DNA of 64,000 bases from Camelus dromedarius (taxonomy: Eukaryota), in the NCBI RefSeq assembly GCF_036321535.1, contig NC_087472.1:97962001-98026000 (forward strand), in the 5' to 3' direction. The position numbers and the translations under genes are program-made. Positions 13,511 to 26,303 of this stretch are shown piece by piece. Below the pieces are notes generated by a model. That model worked only from the letters and a program-made list of their open reading frames with translations. It ran no database searches and was not told the DNA's origin. Position 1 is the first letter of the stretch. Every line of letters begins with the position of its first letter.

Positions 13511-15983
13511 AGGTCCTTCTTCCAGTACTAAAAAGCTACATGTTAAGTCCAAAAACAAGTGGATGTTCTTTGTGGCACTGGTATGTAAAATTTTTGATTC
13601 ATTTATTTAAGGGGCAGATACTGAGCTAGTTTTCTGTACAAGCCAGTTAGATATTGAGGGAGATTTAAAACAAAAAACAGAAAACAAAAAAACACTGGTA
13701 CCCCAACTCTCACGGACTTCATAGCTTATTGCTGTATTTATCATAAACATGGTACTCTATTCAAAATAACACTGATTGGCAAGGCCCTAGGGCTTTATGT
13801 CGTTTTTAAGAGCTTAAGAAAAAGGAATACGTTTTGATGTTTAAATGGTCTGGTTCTATATATATTCCTTAGGGAAGTTTCCAAAGATGGATGGACGGGA
13901 GGCCATCATTACTGTGGTGTGTACAAGGGTTGGTCACCTTAATCTGGAACAGCAAGACATGAGCCGCAATCATTCAAACCCCACAGCACAATGACTTCCA
14001 TCTAAGTATTAAGATCACACAGGACTTCGGGTCAGCACCATCTTTCAGCCCACACAAGAAGCACAAGGAACTTGGTCCCAACTGTATTTGAAACTGTATT
14101 GATTTTGGGGCAGCTGAAAGCAATATATTTCTTTTCAATTTCTTTAAAACAGGAAACTGCCTGGGCCTCCTGGAGAAAATAACCTATTCTCCATGCTGAG
14201 AGGACACTTGAATTAAAGTGTAAGTTACTTAACTTCCATGATGGATATCCCTCATAGCAAATACGGCCTTGAAAAGTTTCCATCCAGAGCCTGGGAAGGA
14301 ACAAAGTCATTTCTTATAAGTGAGAACAACTTCTCTAAGGCACAATCATGAACAAAGAGGATGAAAGCTGGTCTGTTAAAAGGCAACACACCTTACAAAT
14401 CCCCTTTATTAAAGGGCTATAGGCATGTGGAATATCAGTGTCCTCTTACATCACTCTCCTAATCTGTGTTCCTGCATAAGTGAGTGGTCCAGGTGTCTAA
14501 CTCAAGGTTAACACTTCTTAGGTGGTTATGCAGTTGTTGGTTGGGTTACTACCAACACATTCCACTTCCAGAGTGAATCCCTAATGTGGCTCCTCAATGT
14601 CTGCAATTATAACGCTCTAGGTGATCACGTGTGGTTCTAACAACATATGCAAAGCAAAGTCAAAAAGTTATCCAAGGTTAGAACAAAACAACATATTGTC
14701 CTAAAATAAAAGCCAGGTGAGGCAAAGAATTTGGGGGTTTTTCTTAGACTGCCCAGTTAATTTTCTCACAACTTCTCTTCCATTGGTTAAAGAATCACGA
14801 TCCTTGCCATCTCCACCATACTTAATCTGAAGGACATTTTGTTCTGGCTAATTTCAATGGCTAAAGGTGCTGTTTGCCAGGGCTTTCCATTTTGATGTAA
14901 GGTGGTGACTAGAAATGTCAGTGGTGTCCTACCTAGTACACATTGTTCTCACAACAATACCAGGGGGCAGGGGGCGGGGGCTTGCAGTTCAGGATTTATA
15001 AAAATTTTTTAAATTAAGTATTGAATTCACAGTGCAGGACAAACTCAGCTGCTTAACAGTTACTCATATTCTATAAACAAGCAAGTATAGCTATTGGGCA
15101 TGCACAGTCACAGAGAGGTTCAGAGGGAATCTGGTTTAACCACCAATCCTTTCTCACCAGGAAATGGATGAAAACACTGCCCACTTGCTTCTGCAATTCA
15201 CTTCCTCTCTCATAGTGTTCCTGGTGCATTGTCCACAAATACATTTCTGTACTGCCTGATGTCAGAGGTGTTATGTATTGCATTTGAAAAGTATTCTCAG
15301 TTTCCAAATGATACCTTATCAAAGTTCAATATTTAAAATTCACAGCCTTCATCAAATGCATTTCTACTATTCCATTTCCATTGCTATTTGCTAGTGCACG
15401 GGCTTGTCCAAGTGAAAGACGTGGAGGTTATAACTACCCTGCAGTATAAGTGAGTTCTAGAATACCTTCTGCCAAGTCCCTGCAAGGCAGAGCCTCCTAC
15501 AGTGTGTCTGCAGGGCTTCTGTAGACCTATCTTCAGTTGGGAAAAGAAAAAGACTTGGCAAGTTTGGTCTAAAACCAGGCTCTTGAGAAAAATTTTAAAG
15601 AGCATTTGCCTGCCCCCTTTCCAAAAACCTATTATTTTATAACACGTTATTCCTCTTTTTAAGATATTTGAAACTGTTTTCTTTTTAATATATTGACACA
15701 CTTATTTCCATAGACCTCATGGTCTCCAGTTGCCATCTGGGACTTGTTTTCCTGGTTAACCTTGAGTGAAGTTCAGATTTTACATTTACAGCTGTAAGTC
15801 ATGGAGAGGGGGGAGGTCCTCTTTTCAATAAATGTTCTAAATCATCTCAAAATTTTCAAACCACTTTCTTCACAAGACATAACAATGAAAAAGAGAAATC
15901 CTAGATTTCTCCAAAGAGTCCATGCATTAAGATAAAAGGCAATAACAATTTTATTTAAATCTCCAAAAGTCAAGAACAAATGT

Positions 15984-16476
15984 CATGGTAGGCAGAATAA
16001 TGCCTCCACTCCCAAAATGTCCATGTCCTAATCCCTAGAATCTCTGAATATGTCATGTTACATAGCAAGATGGAATTAAGTTTGCTAATCAGCTGACCTT
16101 AAAATAAGGAGAGCAGCTTGGATTATCCAGGTGAGCCCAATGTAATCACACAGGTCCTTAAGTGCAAAAGAGGAAGACAAAAGATCAGAACCAGAGAGAT
16201 GGCATCATGAGAAAGAGTCAATCAGCCATTGCTAGCTTTGAAGATGGAAGAAGAGGTCACAAGCCAAGAAAGGAAGGTAGCTTCACAATCGAGAAAAACT
16301 GAGAAAATGGATTCTCCCCTAGAGCCTCCACAAGGAACTCAGCCCTGCCGACACCTTGATTTTAGCCAAGTGAGACCCATTTCAGACTTCGGATCTCGGA
16401 AACTGTAAGAAAATAAATGTTTGTTGGTTTAAGCCACTAAATTTGCGGTAATCTGTTACAACAGCAAATTAATACA
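15984..16476 (+). mobile_element. MaLR solo LTR (MLT1D-like)
   Basis: ggtaggcagaataatg start, gattctcccctagagcctcca, gccgacaccttgattttagcc, aataaa and terminal aataca. Confidence 0.85.
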
Positions 16477-16639
16477 AGTGTTGACGTGCTTTGGGGTATT
16501 TTGGACTTCCCTGATGTTGCCAGTCACTTTAAGAAAAGCTGGCATGGAGAACAGAATTTCTGCAGTATTCATGCATCTCCTTCTAATTAATTCCCACATT
16601 TCTTAGCCTACCGCTCTGGGCAGCCAGTCTTCCCCTATC

Positions 16640-16790
16640 ATAAGACATTAAATGATTTGTCGCCAACACCAATTGCTGGGCTTCACCCCCACAGTTTCTG
16701 ACCTGGAGTGAGGCCCACAAATCTGCATTTCTAACAAATTCCCAAGGGAAGTTGATGCTACTGGTCCAGGGACCACACTTTGAAGGCAGC
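16640..16790. mobile_element. MER5A-like hAT MITE
   Basis: aatctgcatttctaacaaattccc...gatgctactggtccagggaccacactttga. Confidence 0.75.
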
Positions 16791-16875
16791 TGTGCTCACC
16801 GTTATACCAGCAACACCTTGCAGGGGACCACACTGTGAGACCCACTAGTCTAGTGGAATAGAAAGACATGTAAAC

Positions 16876-17111
16876 GGGTGGGAGGGCATATATTTGGGAG
16901 TTTGATATTTACAAATGTTAGCCACAATATATAAAAATACATTTAAAAAAAGTTTCTTCTGCATAGCACAGGGAACTATATTCAATATCTTGCAGTAACC
17001 TTTAATGAAAAAGAATATGAAAACAAATACATGTATGTATATGCATGACTGAGACACTGCTGTACACCAGAGACTGACACATTGTAACTGACTGTACTTC
17101 AGTTAAAAAAA
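16876..17111 (+). mobile_element. Short L1 3'-end insertion
   Basis: Similar to 2290-2530 and ends in an A tail. Degenerate TSD agaaagacatgtaaac (16860-16875) / agaaaggcgtataaac (17112-17127). Confidence 0.8.
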
Positions 17112-18460
17112 AGAAAGGCGTATAAACAATTAAAACATAGTGTGATAACTGACATGATGTAATTACACAAATGGTACAGCAATCACTGTGCAGAAGCATC
17201 AAAATCTTGCAGTTGGTTGGAGAAAGGTTTTAGAAAGAAGTAATGTTTCTGCTGAGGCTTTAAGAATGTCTTTAAAAAAAAACAGAAACGACAAGGAAAA
17301 GTCGATCGGGGAAAACAAAAAGAGAAATATCTGGTAGAGGGACATCTGTATGAGAAGACACAAGGTGGGGAAACTGCTTTTTTTAGGACACTGAAAATAC
17401 ACAATTGGAGAAAAGGATGCCCACAGGCCAGTAGAGGGAAATGAAGCCAGAGAGGGAGACAGGTCAGACATGAAGGCCTTTCTGGGCTAAGCAAAGGTAT
17501 CTAACATCCCAAATTCTAGAGCTGTATATCAGTGTCTATAAACAGACTTACATGTTAGAGGGCTTACCTGGCAGCTGTGTCAGATAAGTGAGGCAGTGAG
17601 GCTGGGGGTGAGACCAGAAGCAGGGAAAGCAGTAAGAAGGCACTTCCAGCCGTCCAGAGAAGCGATGAACGCATGCACTATGGTAAAGGCGATGGCTTGG
17701 GTGGCATAGCTGTGAGGGAAGCATAAAAGTAGAATCTACAGACCTTGGTTACCAGTTAAATATGGGAGCGAGGCAGGAGTGTGGAGGACTAGGGCTTCTA
17801 GACTGTACAGTGAGTTGGCTCAGGGAACCATTCACCAGGAGAGGAAGCACTAGAAGAGGAGTCTGCTGGCGGGGAGGTGATGATGCAGTAATGGATTCAC
17901 TGGGGCTGAAGTGCCTGGATTACATCCAAGGAAAGTCGGCCACATAATAGTTGTGAACAGCTATGAGATGCTAGTATATCAAAGCCCAAAATGAAACTTA
18001 ATGTTCAAATCAAACAAATGTTTACTTATAGACTTTTTTAAAGTAACAAAAGTAGTTTTATTTTCATCAGATGATTTTCGTAGAACAGTGTGTAGCATCC
18101 TCCTACTCCTCCCTGGTCTAAGGTACAGCTGGCCCCCTTCAGAGTCAACAGCATTGGAAAGAAGAAAGGGAAAAGGAAGGGACACTAAGTTAAAATTATT
18201 TATTTGTGATAAAATACACCTAATGATAATTATACTGGTAGGTGATCTTCCTCAAAGCACATGCTGTGGTGTTTGCTACTACTTTGCTCCTTCTCCCCTA
18301 TAAATATACAAGGACTTATGGATATATTCTATCTTTACCCTAAAGAGGGAACCAATTATGTTGATTGCAACGAAACATAGGCAAAATGTGGAGTAAATTA
18401 GAGTTAATGTTTTCAATTTTAAGCAACTATATAGATATTACATTAAGAACCTAAATAATT

Positions 18461-19392
18461 TAGCTCATACAACCCAATAACAACAAAAAAAAGCCAATCA
18501 AAAATGGGCAGAAGACCTAAAAAGACATTTTCTCCAATGAAGACATACAGATGGCCAATAGGCACATGGAAGGATGCTCAATATCGCTAATTATTAAAGA
18601 AATGCAAATCGAAACTACAATGAGGTATCACCTCACACCAGTCAGAATGGTTATCATTTAAAAAGTCAACAAACAATAAATGCTGCAGAGGGTGTAGAGA
18701 AAAGGGAACCCTCCTACACTGTTGGTGGGAATGTAATTTGGTGCAGCCATCATGGAGAACAGTACGAAGGTTTGTTAAAATACTAAAAACAGACTTACTA
18801 TATGATTTGGCAATGCCACTCCTGGGCATATATCCAGAGAAAACTATAATTCAAAAAGACACATGCACCCCAATGTTCATAGCACCACTATTTACAATAG
18901 CCAAGATGTTGTAGCAACCTACCTGTCTGTTGACAGATGACTGGATAAAGAAGTTGTGGTATATATATACAATGGAACACTATTCAACCATAAAAAAGAA
19001 TAAAATAATGCCATTTGCAGCAACATTATCATACACAGTGAAGTAAGGCAGACAAAGACAAATATCCTATGATACCACTTATGTAGAACTTAGATGAAAA
19101 TGATACAAATGAACTTACTTACAAGACAGAAAGAGATTCACAGACACAGAAAACAAACTTATAGTTACCAAAGGTGAAAGAGGGGGCGTGATAAATTAGG
19201 AGTTTGGGATTAACATATACACACTATTATATATAAAAAAAGATAAACAACAAGGTCTTACTGTGTAGCACAGGGAACTACATTCAGCATCTTATAATAA
19301 CCTATTATGAAAAAGAATATATATAACTGAATCACTATGCTATACACCAGAAACTAATACAACATTGTAAATCAACTATACTTCAATAAAAA
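18461..19392 (+). mobile_element. 5'-truncated L1 (ORF2 C-terminus and 3'UTR)
   Basis: Clear ORF2 3' homology. TSD aagaa(c/t)ctaaataatt at 18445-18460 and 19393-19408. Confidence 0.92.
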
Positions 19393-19482
19393 AAGAATCT
19401 AAATAATTGATGTATACTGAGCACTAATTAAAACATAGCAAGTGCTATTAGATGTTAAAATGCAACTAAGTCATGTGGTTTT

Positions 19483-19617
19483 TTAAAGGTTTTTTGGGGG
19501 GCGGGGAGGTAATTAGGTCCACTTATTTATTTTTTTTTTAGAGAAGATATTGGGGATTGAACCCAGGACCTTGTTCATGCTAGGCATGTGCTCTACCACT
19601 TAAGCTATATCCTCCCC
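19483..19617 (-). mobile_element. tRNA-derived SINE (camelid Vic-1-like)
   Basis: Reverse complement of the ggggagg.tatagct.a.gtggtagag...ggtcctgggttcaatcccc head (pol III A and B boxes). TSD catgtggtttt at 19472-19482 and 19620-19630. Confidence 0.85.
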
Positions 19618-20856
19618 ACCATGTGGTTTTAAAAGATAAAAACTTAACGTTGACTCTCTAACAAATTTAATTTAAACAATTAATTAATAAGAGAGACTGT
19701 AGAAAAGGTAGAAACTTGAAAGCTTTTTTTCACAGAGTACCATATAAATGCATATAAAATACATACAAAAAATGACCTTCAGAATTACAGATAATTTTAA
19801 TGTTTATATATCCATTCCTATAATGTATAAATATTAAACAATGAGTATGTATTGCTTTTTCAAACTAAAACACAAAAATTATTTAAGGCTATTTTCCCTA
19901 ATAAAAAAGTATTTTGAAATATATTTTTAAGTATATTCTAAACTGAAAACCTAAGATTATGCAGACATCTGTCCCTACAACAGATGTTTGCCCAACTACC
20001 TCCTCACTGTCTAAAATGCAGCCAAACGGTATCCAGTGTGATGTCAGTCTTGGTGACAGACATCTGGGCTTATGCAGAGCTGGGGGCACTAATAGCTTGC
20101 TCATATGTGACTGAAATATAACAGAGAGAGATGGAAAGGTTGAACTAAACAGGGAAAGGAAAGCTTTAGGGCATCAATTTAGAAAGCCATTTCAGATTGC
20201 TGGGAACCATGGACGGATGGGTTAAAAGGAGGAGTTTTCTCCAAGGCAGCCCATGCTAACTTAAGCCTGTTTAGATGCAAAGATCAAGAATGCGCACCAT
20301 GGTGATGATGGCTCTATAAACTCCCGGAAGACAGATTTGTCAGTCATAAAGCATAGGGCTAAGTCATCGAGGTAAGAGCAGCCACCATAGCTCAGCTACT
20401 GCACAAATGGCTCCCACAAGTTAGGAGATCCCAAGACACCAATTCAGAAGAGAAAATCTGAAATAAGGATTTATGCTGATAAGCACAAGACTTTGCATAT
20501 AGTCTTCAGTAATTTGATCACCAGGACTCTGGGAAACACCAGCTGCATATATAATATCTGCTAAAGCTAAATCCTCCGCCGTTTGTTCAATGTTACTGCA
20601 CAGTTTACTGAAGGTTAATCATCCTTACAACTTGGATATTAACGACTAAACCATGAAATGAATACATGAAGATGACAAAACCTGAAGAAAATGTATAGTA
20701 TATTAAACTCTTTCAAAGGTGAACTCTCCTCATGTCTTAACATTAGATATTTGTAATTCATGTTTTTAAAAATACCTTACATTAGAGCGAATTTTTAACT
20801 GTAAAACTGGACAATGTGCAATTCTCTGACCACAGGGGAAAGTGAAGGCAAAATGG

Positions 20857-21375
20857 CTAGTATGAGTTAGCTCTCACTGTGTAACAAAGCATCCCAAATC
20901 TCAGTGACTTAAAACAATAAGTATTTATATTACTGCTCACAAAACTACAGGTAATCTGGGTGGTTCTTCTGGTCTCAGATGAGCTCCTGCCTGGGTCTGC
21001 AGTCAGGTGTGGGTTGGGTTGGAAACTCTGCTAAGCTTGGCTACACACTCACACGTTTTGAGGTTGGCTGACTTTAGGCTGGTGTAGGATGGCTCTCCTC
21101 AATGTGTTCTCTCATCTTCTAGCAAGGTAGACCAAGTTTGTTCTTCTGTTGACAGGGTTCTGAAAGAGTAGAAGCACACAAGGTCTCCAGGCTCAGAACT
21201 GGTACATCGACACTTCTACCATATTCTGTTGGGCAAAGTAAACACAAGGTCAGCCCATATTCAGGGTGGTGAGAAAACAGACTCCATCTCTTGATAAGAG
21301 AAACTGTGAAGACACACTAAAAGAGTGTAGCTATAGGGAGAGGTAAAAAATTAATTTTGCAATCAGTCTGCTACA
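20857..21375. mobile_element. Old MaLR LTR (MLT1-like)
   Basis: gtgtaacaaagcatcccaaatctcagtgacttaaaacaata ... cagactccatctcttgataagaga. Confidence 0.65.
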
Positions 21376-24300
21376 GACATAAACCAAACAGAAAATCCAA
21401 GTCAAATATTAGGAAAAAAGTTAAAACACAAGTGATGACCAATGAAGTAAGCAAGCCATCTCTTTCCTAATGCATGATGACATGATGAAAAAAAAGTTTC
21501 ATTCAGCAGAGGAATCTCCACTTTATCCCAGCCAAATATGAACTCCATCTATATCACATTTTTACTAGGGCTGCCCTTGAAAGATGCTTAAAATATAACT
21601 GAGTTCTTCCTACTGGAAATGAAATATATCTATTGATGATTCTGTCAAAGAAAAAAATGTATTACTGCATTCAGCATAATGTTGCTGGAATTATGAGCTG
21701 TGCCAAATTCTGACACTTTTCAGAATGACTCAGATAAAACTTTGCCAAGAAAATTCCAATACCTGAGGCATTTTTTTCCTAAATTATCCAATTAATGACC
21801 TACTCTTTCCTCTTCCTTAGTTTTTATAGACACAATCCAAGCAGACTGCATTTTTCCATTTGTGACTCCTGAGCCATTTGAAAATCAAGAATAGCTGAAT
21901 CCAGAGTAATAATAAAAATCTTTGACAAGCAGTACAGCATGGGCACTGACCAATCACAACAGTCTGGCACGGGATTTTGCTCTGCTGTGAGCCCCACCCC
22001 CACCTCTCCACTCACAGGGGAGGGATGAAAGATGCCCCTATTTCACCTCCCAGGAGAAAGACACATTAATGAGACCCTTGAGAGGGCTAAACGTGTGCTG
22101 TCCGGAGCATTAGAGATACTCTAGACTGTTGTTTGGAAAGTCTAAGTTGCAGGAAACAAGCTGACTGATTTCTCTGATAGCTGAGGAAGAGGGAGCTGGC
22201 AAGACTGGGACTGGCAAGTGCTGCCAGAGTTGATCAGGGAAAAGAAAGTATTTCTCATGGGCCAGATATTGCCCCTCGCTAGAGGGAGCTAGCGTGGAGG
22301 TCATCTTCTGTCTGGCCCCAGAGGACCATCGGGAGGGATGAACACAACTCACTGGAGAGAAGCTGTAGGAACTGCCAGGTTCTCAGGGGCTGAACAGGAA
22401 ATAAGAAATGAACTGGGAAAAAGATGTGTTCATCTTCATAAAGGAACTACAGGGAGAGATCCTAAGCAATGAGAGCAATTTTTATCAACTACAAAAGTGT
22501 CCGTGAAAGAAAGTATCAATTCTTAAAAACCGTAGTCAGGCCCAGAAAGCACTGTCCCAGTTTCATCTGGTGCCAATCAAGTAAGACCTTCTCTACTTCC
22601 CTCGCCTCTCCTCCTCAACCCCCTGCACTCTAACTCTGGAGAACCAAGACCTCTATTTAGTGAAACAGGGGAGAAGAAATCAAAGCAAATGTGGGCAAGG
22701 CAAGAAGGGGACCACAACATTCTCCCCCAACTGCTAGTTCTCCACCAGCCACAGCTGGGGAAGTGGGGAAAGGCCTCACTCTTAAACCTATACTAAAGTT
22801 TAACCATCACATCAGACTGGACATTTTAATTACCGACCACAGGGCTTTCTATATAGATGTATAGAGAAAAGTCATGAGATGACCCCAATTTTCACCTGGG
22901 ACAAAGTAAAATGTAAAAAGAGGAAACAAAGATAAAATTGTTTTATAATTATACGTTACTCTGTGTTTCTATGATGGGCCAGTACAGAGAACTACCTCTC
23001 TTAAAGATGACATTCTCATAGAGGAAACAAAAATAAGAAAAGTGGTTAGTTATATAATAATAAGTGCCATGAAGAAAAATAAAGCAGGGTGAGGAGCTAC
23101 AGACCGCTGGTAGGGTGGTGCTATTTTCCACAGAGTAGCAAGGCAGGCATTGGAACAGGAACATGACGCAAGAGAGTCAGCCAGAGGAAGATCTGTGGCA
23201 AGATGGTCCTGGACCTGCAGTACAATGCAAAGCCATTTGAGGGCCGAGTTCCATCCTTCCATGGTTACCCTGGTTGCTGGGTCCAGAAAGGATGGTAGCT
23301 GCCAAGAGAATGGAGACTAGTAACCAGTGACCAAATGTGTCAGGCAGCAGCTTCCAAATCACCTTGGATACCTACTGAAGGACTATATTACTAAGCCCAT
23401 CCATCTCTCAAACCTACTGAACAAGAATCTTGTGGGAATAAAGTAAAGGCTGCTATTTTTAGCTGATTTTCCAAGAGATTCTCTCCTGCTGTCAGAGTCA
23501 GGAATCACTACCCTTCATGACACAGTGGCCATTTTATAAGCACCCACAAAAGAACTTCTGCTCAGTATCCGACTTCTGCTCTCTGAAATGTACATGTTTT
23601 ATTTTGCCTCTTTGCTTTAAACACATTTCATCTGTTATTAACAACAGTGCAGGACTTTCTGGTTCAAATTTTTTGGTTTCAACTTTAACTTGGGCTTAAT
23701 TTTACTATTTATTCTACCTTCATTTTCCCTTTTCTTGATATTTATTTTTATTTTTTATAAATACTATTTTTAGTATTTATGCATACATTTTACCATTTTT
23801 AAGAATTAAACTGCCACTTCGGCAATCTTCAGAGTACTATAATGCACTGTACGTACATGTAATTTAGACTTATACCTGTTACAACTTCAAAGCCTTCTCT
23901 GATATAAGGTGGTATTCACATTATCTCTTTCTTTAAATGAAACATTTATTTTGTTATCTTTCTACCCACCACAGTCATTCAAACAGTAACTGGATGAGCT
24001 CACACTTAATGCTATTTAAAATTTTTGTCTGCTACAACACATTCATCTGACCTGCTTTGCTGCATAACATATATTTCCTAAACATAACTAAAAATAAGTC
24101 TACCTCTTTTAACCCGTGGGAATTTTATCATGATACTGATTTTTTCTGTCCAATACATTATCTAAGTGGTTTCATACCACATTCAACCATAGTGAATTTC
24201 AATAAAAGTAGGAGAGCACTTTATAGATAGTGGAGAAAACTTAAAGTGAATTTGGCTGTTTTCTTATTACAAGAAACAAAGAATGGTATTGTACCTTAAC

Positions 24301-25954
24301 AGAAATATTTTAACAGCTCCTAAACTCGGGCAAAAAAAGGGAGTCAAGTTTGTACTAGTCTAAGTACCTACAATAATATGACAGAAGTCTTTACCACCAA
24401 CATTTCATACTACAGCAGTCTGTACTCCTAATATCAAAGCATTCTCACTAGAAATACTGTATTAACACTGGACTTTCAAATTGCCAGGTGTGAAAAATCA
24501 CCTACTCTAAAAAAAAATGCACTGCTTATTTTAGGCTGGTCAAGGTTAAAATGGCCATTTATATTATTTCTGATTTCAGCTCTAAGCTTGTTTGCATCTG
24601 ATCAGCCAAAACGAGAATTTGTTTTTCCTGTATCCAACAGAATAAAATGATCAATCAGCAATAAGTTCATCCTTTGCCAAAAAGAAATATGTTCTAAATT
24701 TATATATTATAAACTACATAATAAATTATATCCATATGCTACACATTTCATAGTTATAATATGTACCATTTAGGAGAGGAAAAACTTCATGAGGGTTTAT
24801 TCAAATGATATATAATAATACCCAAGAATGTCAATTTATATACACACACACGTATGAATTCTGAATGAAGTGTAAGTAGCCACCTTAGCAGGAACATAAC
24901 AAGTCCCTATAATGCAAAAAATGATTCTAAGGGCACCTTCTAAAGCAATTAAATTCATACAATTTAGTCACATTCATTAATATCATTTACTTTTCTCTAA
25001 TACAAAGTCATCTGGTAGTCTTACTGTTAACTTCATGCTAAAAGATTCTAAGTTTAGAATCTTTACCTATAAAAGAAATAAGAAATAATACTTATTTTCT
25101 CAAGTTAGATGGAAAAGACTTTTCATACAATAATGAAACCCAAGCAAAAGTGAATTTGTTGTTATAAGAATGATGATCATTAATATATTATTCAAATTCT
25201 TCCATGACACTTAAACTGTAGTTTAAAACCTAATACACAAGAAACCATAAGGACAAACTCTACTATGAAATGAAGAATTATAATAAAATCTATTCACCTT
25301 TAAATATTTAGTTCAAGACAATGAGCAGAGGAGCACACAATTCATCTGAATGACATCATTTAAACAGTGTAATAACATACTGTTACTTAAGACTAGTAAG
25401 TGGGTGCATTATGTGATTCCAACCATTATGAAAAAACAGTATTAACAAGGAACAGCATCCCTACCAGCTTGGAGCTTACAGAATCAATTACTTTGACCAT
25501 AGCTTTCCAAATGATTTAATAATGCCTTTTAACATTACAAACATAAATCTATCATAGTACTGGAATTCTGATGTATTTTGATGCTTCTGAGGCTGCCTAA
25601 AAATGAGAAGGTATCCAAGTGAAATTCATTATATACTTATTATACCACAAAATTTCAGTGCCTAAAATGTGAAATAATCGTCACCATTTAGCTGTCTGCC
25701 TTATGCTATATTCGAGATTTTGACTTCCAGGATTTTTATTGTACTTTGGGAAATGAGAGGTAAAACATCATTTTAAAAAAGCACTATGTCAAATCATTAC
25801 TGTACACCTTAAATTTATACAGTGTTATATGTCAATTATATCTCAATAAAACTGGGAGAAATAAACTGTGACTGTGCTTATATTCATGGAAAAATAGCAT
25901 TTTTACTATGTTGAAATTTAATCCTTTTATACAGGTTAACAAGACACATCACCA

Positions 25955-25985
25955 AAACAACAACAACAACAACAACAACAACAAA
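25955..25985. repeat. (CAA)n microsatellite
   Basis: About 9 aac units visible. Confidence 0.9.
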
Positions 25986-26012
25986 AACCTTTTGAAAGTG
26001 GAACAATGCCAA

Positions 26013-26018
26013 TTTATT
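26013..26018 (-). terminator. Candidate polyadenylation signal of the CBLL2 retrocopy
   Basis: AATAAA about 290 nt after the ancestral stop, followed by a GU-rich (TTG)n tract at ~25955-25985. Confidence 0.4.
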
Positions 26019-26303
26019 TCAGGAGCTCAAATTATAAAAGGTCACCCTTGGATCAATTTCCCACACTAAGGGAACAAAGTTGTTAAAATACAGCAATGCT
26101 CCACTGAGCCATTTATCCACACTACAGTACAGAACTTGAAAGAAATCCTAACGTCCAGGTTTAAAACCACTTTAAGAGACAAGATCCTGTGTTTTACAGC
26201 TATCTCTGTAAGAAGTGCTCTTCCTTCCGCAAAGTTTAATTAAAAGGTTGGCTATATTTAAGGGTTTTTTTCCTAATCAGTTCTTCAGTTCAAACTACTA
26301 TTA

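Noticed and set aside
20230..20700. Possible decayed processed pseudogene
   Set aside because: The frames I translated contain stops and gave no recognisable protein.
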